IMG/VR virus record: IMGVR_UViG_3300046786_000340
Location: 1-32,075 of that record
Strand: one strand, 5' to 3'
Length of the DNA stretch: 32,075 nt
DNA from: a virus
Taxonomy: Duplodnaviria > Caudoviricetes
Below, in pieces: positions 8,532-14,981 of the stretch (positions are counted from its first letter, which is position 1; each line of letters starts with the position of its first letter). A program made the translations under genes and the position numbers. Under the pieces are notes generated by a model. It saw nothing but the letters and a program-made list of their open reading frames with translations, had not been told where the DNA came from and did no database searches.

Positions 8532-8602
8532 TAGTTCCGCTCTGCATATTATTAGTAGGTGGCCTAATAATAACACATAAAGAGCTAACTGATGATAACT
8601 GA
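8522..8602 (+). CDS. Tiny hydrophobic peptide (26 aa)
   Basis: MHLIVPLCILLVGGLIITHKELTDDN; bridges the gap with overlaps on both sides. Confidence 0.35.
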   Translation: MHLIVPLCILLVGGLIITHKELTDDN

Positions 8603-8777
8603 ATCCACCATTCACCAACTTATCGGTGATTACACCCTTAAGTTCCTGCGCACTCCAAAAAAAATCATTATCAACTCTGAGCATTACGTTATTCTACCAG
8701 AATCAATAAAAACAAGGTTTGCAGGCTTGTTTGAGCTATCATATTTTTTACCTTATAATCAATTAGAAACTGTATGA
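8592..8777 (+). CDS. Hypothetical protein
   Basis: 61 aa ORF in a tightly packed operon. Confidence 0.5.
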   Translation: MITESTIHQLIGDYTLKFLRTPKKIIINSEHYVILPESIKTRFAGLFELSYFLPYNQLETV

Positions 8778-8932
8778 AAAAATACCTATTTGTATCAAAA
8801 AACAGCGGAGCAGCTGTTATAACAGCGGAAGATGACCACAAAGCATATTTGAAGTTAGTATTGCTTTACCCAACCTGGGCCTGGACTTATGAATACCTTG
8901 GCACAGTTGAAAATATTACCATTATAAATTAA
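8774..8932 (+). CDS. Hypothetical protein (52 aa), not in the ORF track
   Basis: MKKYLFVSKNSGAAVITAEDDHKAYLKL...; ATGA overlap; ends 4 nt before the recombinase ATG. Confidence 0.5.
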   Translation: MKKYLFVSKNSGAAVITAEDDHKAYLKLVLLYPTWAWTYEYLGTVENITIIN

Positions 8933-8936
8933 ACAC

Positions 8937-9605
8937 ATGAAACAAGAAATTGTAAAAAGCGCGCAAGATGCGCTAAGTATTGGCGAAGTATTTTTTCGCT
9001 CCGGTTTGTTCTCTGACATCAAAAGCGTACATCAAGCCGTTGTAAAAATTATTGCAGGCCAAGAAATGGGCATCAGCCCTATGGCCGCAATGAATGGCAT
9101 CCACATCATCCAAGGTAAGCCAGTAGTTGGTGCTGGCTTGATGGCTGCCAGGGTTAAGAGCTTTGGCAAGTACGACTATAACATCATTGAACACGATGAC
9201 AAGCAATGTATAATCGAGTTCAAACAGGGCAATAAAACGTTGGGTACAAGCACCTTCACCATCGAAGATGCCAAGAAGGCCGGTACTAAGAACTTAGATA
9301 AGTTTCCGCGCAATATGTTATTCGCAAGGGCAATGTCCAACGGTGTGAAGTGGTACACACCTGACATCTACGAGCAGCCGGTCTATGTACCTGAGGAGAT
9401 GGACTTTGCTGAAGCTAAGCCTGAAATAACCGAGGCACAGTACAAAAAAGCCATTGAACGCATTAATGCTGGAGATTTAGAAGTGGCTCAAAAGTGCATA
9501 GATTCCTTTAGCCTGACAGCTGATCAAAAGCAAGCACTTGAAAATTTAGCCGCAGCCGTACACAATCATGGCGGTGAAGTAACCTTTGAAATCGAAGCCG
9601 AATGA
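8937..9605 (+). CDS. RecT/Red-beta-like single-strand annealing recombinase
   Basis: GQEMGISPMAAMNGIHIIQGKP and KFPRNMLFARA motifs typical of RecT-family SSAPs. Confidence 0.75.
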   Translation: MKQEIVKSAQDALSIGEVFFRSGLFSDIKSVHQAVVKIIAGQEMGISPMAAMNGIHIIQGKPVVGAGLMAARVKSFGKYDYNIIEHDDKQCIIEFKQGNKTLGTSTFTIEDAKKAGTKNLDKFPRNMLFARAMSNGVKWYTPDIYEQPVYVPEEMDFAEAKPEITEAQYKKAIERINAGDLEVAQKCIDSFSLTADQKQALENLAAAVHNHGGEVTFEIEAE

Positions 9606-9790
9606 ATCAGGAAATAACAGTAAACGATAAAGTGCTGCTGATTCGGGATGAATCATGCAGCCTCACAGCTGAGAGGATGCCTGGCAATGTTGTCGGCATT
9701 ACAATAGTATCCGATATTGAAGAAGGATTCTTTGCGCTATCGGATGATGCAGCCATGATTTTATCTATATTTGTTAAACCTAAATTATAA
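9602..9790 (+). CDS. Hypothetical protein
   Basis: 62 aa, ATGA overlap with the recombinase gene. Confidence 0.5.
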   Translation: MNQEITVNDKVLLIRDESCSLTAERMPGNVVGITIVSDIEEGFFALSDDAAMILSIFVKPKL

Positions 9791-9793
9791 CAC

Positions 9794-10276
9794 ATGAGTG
9801 AACTAACCACCACAAGCGCACTTGCGCTATTTTACACAAACAAAGAAGAGCGCAGCTATTTCGTGCGCGATGTTATCAATCGCATCACTGAAGGCAATGA
9901 AGATCCTGAGAAAGTACTTATCACCTTGAAGTGCATGGAGGAAATTATTAAGTCCATCACTTCCAACAAAGATTTCAAGGATGCAGTGATAACTGAGGCC
10001 AGCAAGTACGGAAAAAAGCATGAGAGATTCAACGCTACATTAGACATCCGGGAAAGTGGTGTGCGGTACGATTATAGCAAGTGCGGAGATTTGGAGTTGC
10101 TGGCACTATACACGCAATTAGATGCGATTAATGAGCAAATAAAAAAGCGTGAGGCATTTATTAAGACAATCCCGATTGAAGGTCTGGAAGTGCTGCAATC
10201 GGAGACCGGGGAAATAATTACTATCTATCCGCCATCTAAAACAAGCACCACCACTGTTGCGGTGACGTTGAAGTAA
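9794..10276 (+). CDS. Conserved hypothetical protein of the recombination module
   Basis: 160 aa, GVRYDYSKC motif plus coiled coil; TATAACACATG start context. Confidence 0.65.
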   Translation: MSELTTTSALALFYTNKEERSYFVRDVINRITEGNEDPEKVLITLKCMEEIIKSITSNKDFKDAVITEASKYGKKHERFNATLDIRESGVRYDYSKCGDLELLALYTQLDAINEQIKKREAFIKTIPIEGLEVLQSETGEIITIYPPSKTSTTTVAVTLK

Positions 10277-10320
10277 ATTAATTGGTATAGGCGCATCAAC
10301 TTCCATTAGACATAGAACGC

Positions 10321-10338
10321 TGACAGCTCGGAAAGACG
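10321..10338 (+). repeat. 18-bp motif TGACAGCTCGGAAAGACG, copy 1
   Basis: Exact repeat of 10625-10642. Confidence 0.9.
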
Positions 10339-10372
10339 GCAACTTTTAAAGGTGGCAAATTCGCTACTGTTA

Positions 10373-10397
10373 AACCATCTGGAATTTCCGGATAGTT
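10373..10397. repeat. Palindromic element AACCATCyGG..TTCCGGAyAGTT, copy 1
   Basis: AACCATCTGGAATTTCCGGATAGTT; related copy at 10733-10756. Confidence 0.8.
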
Positions 10398-10466
10398 CAA
10401 TATAAACTTGGTTCTGTGCTATCTCAAGTACAGAAGGTAGTCAACTTCCTTAAACAATAGTTGAAC

Positions 10467-10556
10467 AGTCAGGTGGCGGAATTGGTAGACGTATTAACTC
10501 ACTGAGATGACTTCAATTCGAGAAAAGATTTGCAGGTTCGAATCCTGTCCTGACTG
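10467..10556 (+). ncRNA. tRNA-like element 1 (class II Leu/Ser-type scaffold, defective anticodon arm)
   Basis: Acceptor AGTCAGG/CCTGACT, T8-G9, D arm GCG-GAATTGGTAGA-CGT, T arm GCAGG-TTCGAAT-CCTGT. The anticodon arm is mismatched, lacks U33, and no CCA is encoded. Confidence 0.75.
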
Positions 10557-10624
10557 CAATGCAAGGCCAAGTATATAGGCAACGCTTGATGATTGCTACG
10601 GTACGTTATTCACGGCACGGAATA

Positions 10625-10645
10625 TGACAGCTCGGAAAGACGAGC
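10625..10645 (+). repeat. 18-bp motif copy 2, with full hairpin GCTCG-GAAAGA-CGAGC
   Basis: Exact repeat of 10321-10338. Confidence 0.9.
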
Positions 10646-10649
10646 ATAA

Positions 10650-10725
10650 TAATCGGGTGGAGGATAGTTTAAAGGGAATAAAAAGAGGAAGCCCGATTAG
10701 GACATCTTCTATCCTCTCCTGATTA
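10650..10725 (+). ncRNA. Long hairpin with an alternative pairing (possible eroded tRNA-like element)
   Basis: TAATCGGG(T)GGAGGATAG pairs with CTATCCTCTCCTGATTA; GCCCGATTA (10691-10699) is a competing partner. Confidence 0.5.
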
Positions 10726-10732
10726 CTAAACG

Positions 10733-10756
10733 AACCATCCGGGATTCCGGACAGTT
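10733..10756. repeat. Palindromic element copy 2
   Basis: AACCATCCGGGATTCCGGACAGTT. Confidence 0.8.
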
Positions 10757-10798
10757 GAAACCATTTCGTTAATGTCAACGATATGATAAATTTATAAT

Positions 10799-11002
10799 AT
10801 GAACACACAACAAGGATTAACTAAGCGTGAGTACTTTGCAGCTCATGTAATTATTTCTTTTGAGTATACAAATGAAGTACTTAAATATAATTATCCTGAA
10901 AGAAATGGAAATTTTTCTATTGATGAATTATTAGAATGTCAAGCTAAATTGATAGTAAGAGCAGCTGATGCACTAATTAAAGAATTAAATGAACAAATAT
11001 GA
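10799..11002 (+). CDS. Phage hypothetical protein (GLTKREYFAA family)
   Basis: GLTKREYFAA...ADALIKELN motif common in phages; AT-rich. Confidence 0.7.
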   Translation: MNTQQGLTKREYFAAHVIISFEYTNEVLKYNYPERNGNFSIDELLECQAKLIVRAADALIKELNEQI

Positions 11003-11196
11003 CAGCAAAACAAAAAGCAATAGAACTAATTAATAATTACAATTTAGTTGTTTTAGATACTGCACTTGGAGGAAGTAATAGAAGAGTTAAAAAATGCGCA
11101 TTGATTGCGGTTAATGAAATATTATCAGTTAATTGGCAATCACAAGAAGATGTAGACTATTGGAAACAAGTCAAACAAGAAATAGAAAAATTATAA
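10999..11196 (+). CDS. Conserved Bacteroidota-phage hypothetical protein
   Basis: MTAKQKAIEL...KKCALIAVNEIL...YWKQVKQEIEKL. Confidence 0.7.
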   Translation: MTAKQKAIELINNYNLVVLDTALGGSNRRVKKCALIAVNEILSVNWQSQEDVDYWKQVKQEIEKL

Positions 11197-11199
11197 CAT

Positions 11200-11315
11200 T
11201 GCGGGATGGCGGAAGGATCGGGTTACCCGGTCGCGGTAGACGCACCGACACAAGTAAGAGGGGAACAGGCTAATCGATAATCCTGTTCATGCAGGTTCGA
11301 ATCCTGCTCCCACAA
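11200..11315 (+). ncRNA. tRNA-like element 2 (Leu-type scaffold, hairpin inserted in D-loop, no anticodon stem)
   Basis: Acceptor TGCGGGA/TCCCACA (one C-A mismatch) plus A73, D arm GCG-GAA[insert]GGTAGA-CGC, long arm GAACAGG/CCTGTTC, perfect T arm GCAGG-TTCGAAT-CCTGC. Confidence 0.75.
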
Positions 11316-11354
11316 CTAACCCTCACTCGCTGGGTAACGCGGGCTTTAAATTTT

Positions 11355-11639
11355 ATGAATACTTTTTTTAACGCAGGACTTAACCTGTCGAAGATTCCCA
11401 AGGAAGCCATTACTACCGACAAAAACGGCAACAAGTGGCTGAATGTTACTATTTGGTTAAACGAATCCGTTGACCAGTATGGAAACAGTGGCAGCATCCA
11501 AATTAATCAAAGCAAAGAGCAGCGCGATGCTAAAGCTCCAAAGGTGTATATTGGTAACTTAAAGGCACCTGAGAAAAAGCAGCAAGAACAGACTTTTATA
11601 AGTGGAAGTAAGTTCGATACAGAATCTTTGCCATTTTAA
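11355..11639 (+). CDS. Putative single-stranded DNA-binding protein
   Basis: LNLSKIPK...KNGNKWLNVTIW...DQYGNSGSI and an SSB-like C-terminal tail DTESLPF; start placed at ATG 11355 because the longer ORF runs through the tRNA-like element. Confidence 0.65.
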   Translation: MNTFFNAGLNLSKIPKEAITTDKNGNKWLNVTIWLNESVDQYGNSGSIQINQSKEQRDAKAPKVYIGNLKAPEKKQQEQTFISGSKFDTESLPF

Positions 11640-11667
11640 CTTTTCATGTGGTTATATAGGTAAACAG

Positions 11668-11694
11668 GCGGCCCGTTTCTACGGGCTGCAATTT
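11668..11694 (+). terminator. GC-rich hairpin after the SSB gene (weak terminator or stabilising stem)
   Basis: GCGGCCCGT-TTCT-ACGGGCTGC followed by AATTT only. Confidence 0.5.
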
Positions 11695-11707
11695 AAAACA
11701 CAACAAT

Positions 11708-11896
11708 ATGAAAATAACCGCCAAGTGGATTAAGTGCAGAAACTGCTTTAAACTATTCACACAAACAATTGCAGGCCGCAAGGAATCCCTTCCCATCTGT
11801 CCACATTGCTACACAATAAACAGAAAACAATGCAACAGAAATACTACGACATCGACAAGTTCGGCATCGTCCGAATCTACAAATTCAAAGGGGTAA
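11708..11896 (+). CDS. Small zinc-ribbon protein
   Basis: CRNC...CPHC. Confidence 0.55.
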   Translation: MKITAKWIKCRNCFKLFTQTIAGRKESLPICPHCYTINRKQCNRNTTTSTSSASSESTNSKG

Positions 11897-12081
11897 TGTT
11901 TGAAGCTCATTGGGGAGAGTTCATCAACAAGGAGCATCTCTTTACCTGGCTTAAATCACGCTCATGGGTGAAGCCATCGACCTTGAATGATATTTACTTT
12001 GATATCCTTAAGCTGACAGATAATCATCTTAAACTTGCATCTAATTACTATGATAAAAGACAGATACCTACAGGCGCATGA
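11830..12081 (+). CDS. Hypothetical protein
   Basis: MQQKYYDIDKFG...; start placed at ATG 11830. Confidence 0.5.
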   Translation: MQQKYYDIDKFGIVRIYKFKGVMFEAHWGEFINKEHLFTWLKSRSWVKPSTLNDIYFDILKLTDNHLKLASNYYDKRQIPTGA

Positions 12082-12520
12082 AAATTATTTTAAGGAGCAA
12101 TATCCCAATGCTTACAGAAACGGGCATTACACAGCTCCTAAGATGCCCATAGTGGCCAAGGCAAACGGACTGACTACCTTCATCATTAATTATTTGACAT
12201 GGCAAGGATTCAGGGCAACAAGGATTAACGTTAGTGGTAGGTTAGTAGATGGTGTTGAACGTACAGTATCAGGTGCTGAATTAAGAATTAAAAAGTGGAT
12301 GAAAAGCAGTACAAGGAAAGGTACTGCTGATATTAGTGCAACAATCAACGGAAGATCTGTAATGATTGAAATAAAGGTAGGACGTGATCGTCCATCTGAA
12401 AATCAACTACTTGAACAGATGAGAGAACGTAAAGCTGGAGGTATATATGAATTTTGTAGTAGTCCTGAAGATTTTTTTATACTTTACGATAAAATAGTAA
12501 ATTTATATTGTCAGAGGTAG
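12050..12520 (+). CDS. VRR-NUC domain (PD-(D/E)XK) nuclease / resolvase
   Basis: KGTADI...VMIEIK...RPSENQ...AGGIY motifs. Confidence 0.8.
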   Translation: MIKDRYLQAHENYFKEQYPNAYRNGHYTAPKMPIVAKANGLTTFIINYLTWQGFRATRINVSGRLVDGVERTVSGAELRIKKWMKSSTRKGTADISATINGRSVMIEIKVGRDRPSENQLLEQMRERKAGGIYEFCSSPEDFFILYDKIVNLYCQR

Positions 12521-12617
12521 AAGTCTGATAAAATAACCTAATTTCAAAGCCTGAAGGGGCGATGCTGTCGGCTGCAAGTGTAGCCACTTCTACCAGCGTC
12601 AATCCTTCGGGTTTTTT
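12498..12617 (+). promoter_or_regulatory. Structured leader / attenuator of the primase-helicase gene
   Basis: TAAATTTA -7-like box, hairpin TGTCAGA-GGTAGAAG-TCTGATA, then a three-segment stem closed by CCTGAAGGG/TCCTTCGGG plus T6 that contains CTTCTACC. Confidence 0.6.
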
Positions 12618-12629
12618 AATTTTAAAAAT

Positions 12630-14771
12630 ATGTTAGTATCAATTTACAAAAATACATTTGACTCAGCTTCACAAGTGACTGAGGATATTATGGCGATCCT
12701 ATCAGGCATAAAGACTGGCCGTTGGCAAGATTATTGCTTACCTGTTATGCAGGAAACTGATAAAAATAAAAGAGATTATTTAAAAAAGAAAGCTCCAGGA
12801 TTTACTGCAAGTGGTAAATTTTCACATCGTTCAAGCGCAAAATTAACTGAGCATAGTAATTTAATAGCTATAGACTTTGACGGTGTTAATGACATAAATA
12901 AGATAATTGAAGTACTTAAAAAAGACCAATATACTTTTGCAGTTTATAAATCTATTTCTCACCGTGGTATTTGTTGCCTTGTTAAAATTGATGGTAGCAA
13001 GCACTTGGATGCATTTCATGGATTATCTCAATATTACTTTGATCTCCTAAATCTAAACATTGACCAGTCTTGCAAAGATACTTCAAGGCTTAGGTATGTG
13101 TCTTTTGATCCTGATTTGTACTTAAATCAGAACTCTAAATTGTTCAATAAGTATCTTAAAAAAGACCAGGCACAGAATGATAAGCTCACTGAATCTATCC
13201 AAATTGTCCACTCAGATGAGCGATTTGGTAGGGTAGTCAATAGCATTGTAGATAAACAAATTGATATCACAGGATCCTATCCACAGTGGGTAGCTATTGG
13301 TTTTGCCATAGCTTCAAAGTATGGTGAGCATGGCAAAGAATATTACATCGACATTAGCCAATTTTCGAGTCTTTACAACAAAGATATCTGTTCAAGCCAA
13401 TATGACCTTTGTTGCAGGCCTTGGAACGGAGACAAGCGCGTGAGCATTAATACTTTCTATTATCATGCTAAACGAAACGGTATTGAAGTCACCACTGAGG
13501 AAGAAGAAAAGCAAATCAAAGCGGCACATATTGCACGGGATACCGGACTTAGCATTGAGGATGCTATTTCCATGCTTGAGAATGATGGGGTACTACCAGA
13601 CGTCCAAATTGTAGAGCAAGCCTTCAAACAACCAAAACAAGACCAGCCTAAGAATAACAAACTCGATATTGAATCCGTTAAGTTTTTTCTGAAACGATAC
13701 AATATCAAGAAAAACGAACTTACCCGAAGATATGAGTGGAACGGTGTGGAAATGACAACGGAGGACTTCAATACCATTTATCTGGATGCAAAAAAGATGT
13801 TTGAAAAGCTATCCAACGAACTATTTTTAACGATTCTTTACAGCCACTTTACTAAAACATACAATCCAATAAAGGAATATTTTTACAGCTTGCAATGGGA
13901 TGGAACTGATAGGATTAAGCCACTTGTTGAATCTATTACCTCAGATACCGGCAATGCAATATTCAGGTATACAGCTGTCAGATCTTGGCTATTGGGAATC
14001 ATTGAATCCATCTTCCAACAAACACCTAATATTCTACAGCTAATTTTGGCCGGTAAACAAAATACGGGCAAATCGGTATTTTTCAAACAATTGCTTCCTG
14101 AACAGCTCAAACGATACTTAGCATTATCACAGCTCGATAGTGGCAAGGATGATGAAATATTGATGTGCGAAAAGCTAATTATATTGGATGATGAATACAG
14201 TGGGAAATCAAAAGACGATGCCCGTAAAATCAAGAGACTCCTATCAGCTCCCTATTTTAATCTTCGTGAGCCATACGGTCGTCAAAACGTAACCATGCGA
14301 AGGCTGGCATCACTTTGCGCCACAACCAACGAAACTGAAATATTAAACGATGTGACAGGTAACCGTAGAAACTTAGTGCTTGAAGTAACCGGCAAGTTTG
14401 ATTTTAAAAAATACAACGAAATCGACAAAGAACAGTTATTTGTCCAATTGTACAGATTGCACCTTGATGGCTTTACCTCTGAACTAAATCAAGCCATGAT
14501 TGATCAAATACAAGAATTTACACACGGTAGGAACTCTGAACCAAATAGAGAGTTTGAGGCACTCGATCACTTTTTCTACGAACCAGGTATTTGGGATGGG
14601 GTAAGTTACCTCACCAACACTGAAATATTGGCAATTGTCTACTCAGGATGGAAAATGAACCTTTCTCAGCGCAAATTAGGCATGGTTATGAAAGAGCTTG
14701 GATATTCAAGAATTAAGCAAAAAGGCATCTATAAGTACAAAATACAGCCCAAAATGCTTCAAATCGGGTAA
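12630..14771 (+). CDS. Primase-helicase: BT4734/VirE N-terminal domain, PriCT-2, VirE/VapE-like P-loop helicase
   Basis: N-terminal LIAIDFD...SISHRG...DQSCKDTSRLRYVSFDP; PriCT-2-like YPQWVAIGFAI; Walker A GKQNTGKS, Walker B IILDDE, and TGNRR. Confidence 0.85.
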   Translation: MLVSIYKNTFDSASQVTEDIMAILSGIKTGRWQDYCLPVMQETDKNKRDYLKKKAPGFTASGKFSHRSSAKLTEHSNLIAIDFDGVNDINKIIEVLKKDQYTFAVYKSISHRGICCLVKIDGSKHLDAFHGLSQYYFDLLNLNIDQSCKDTSRLRYVSFDPDLYLNQNSKLFNKYLKKDQAQNDKLTESIQIVHSDERFGRVVNSIVDKQIDITGSYPQWVAIGFAIASKYGEHGKEYYIDISQFSSLYNKDICSSQYDLCCRPWNGDKRVSINTFYYHAKRNGIEVTTEEEEKQIKAAHIARDTGLSIEDAISMLENDGVLPDVQIVEQAFKQPKQDQPKNNKLDIESVKFFLKRYNIKKNELTRRYEWNGVEMTTEDFNTIYLDAKKMFEKLSNELFLTILYSHFTKTYNPIKEYFYSLQWDGTDRIKPLVESITSDTGNAIFRYTAVRSWLLGIIESIFQQTPNILQLILAGKQNTGKSVFFKQLLPEQLKRYLALSQLDSGKDDEILMCEKLIILDDEYSGKSKDDARKIKRLLSAPYFNLREPYGRQNVTMRRLASLCATTNETEILNDVTGNRRNLVLEVTGKFDFKKYNEIDKEQLFVQLYRLHLDGFTSELNQAMIDQIQEFTHGRNSEPNREFEALDHFFYEPGIWDGVSYLTNTEILAIVYSGWKMNLSQRKLGMVMKELGYSRIKQKGIYKYKIQPKMLQIG

Positions 14772-14981
14772 GATGGGTAAGATAGGGTAAGATAAAAAAA
14801 ATCTATCTTACCCGCTGAAATGCACGCCCAATATAGGTTACAGACGATAGGGTAAGATAGGTAAGATATTTATATATAAAAAGGTATAGAATATATATAG
14901 TAGTAGTGTATATAGAGGGGTATATATTTTGTAATAGTTTTGAGCCATTTTTTCGCTATCTTACCCTACCCTATCTTATCT
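14766..14981. repeat. Iteron array, putative replication origin
   Basis: GGGTAAGAT at 14766, 14775, 14785, 14850 (AGGTAAGAT at 14859); inverted ATCTTACCC at 14805 and 14958 (degenerate at 14973); AT/TA-rich core at ~14868-14935. Confidence 0.75.

Noticed and set aside
10321-10756. Mini CRISPR array from the repeated motifs
   Set aside because: Only two copies of each motif, 304-360 bp apart, with no regular spacers and no cas genes.
10596-10808. 70 aa minus-strand ORF across the ncRNA island
   Set aside because: Opposite to genome polarity and explained by the palindromes and hairpins.
10467-11315. Calling the two tRNA-like elements functional decoding tRNAs (Leu/Ser or suppressor)
   Set aside because: Neither has a canonical 5-bp stem with a 7-nt U33 loop; no anticodon can be assigned with confidence.
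10556-11345. Theta/HDV-like or hammerhead ribozymes after the tRNA-like elements
   Set aside because: I could not build the nested double pseudoknot or the CUGANGA/GAAA core by eye; a descriptor-based search would be needed to exclude them fully.
11289-11354. N-terminal extension of the SSB ORF (MQVRILLPQL...)
   Set aside because: It is the T arm and acceptor stem of tRNA mimic 2 read in frame; ATG 11355 has a better context.
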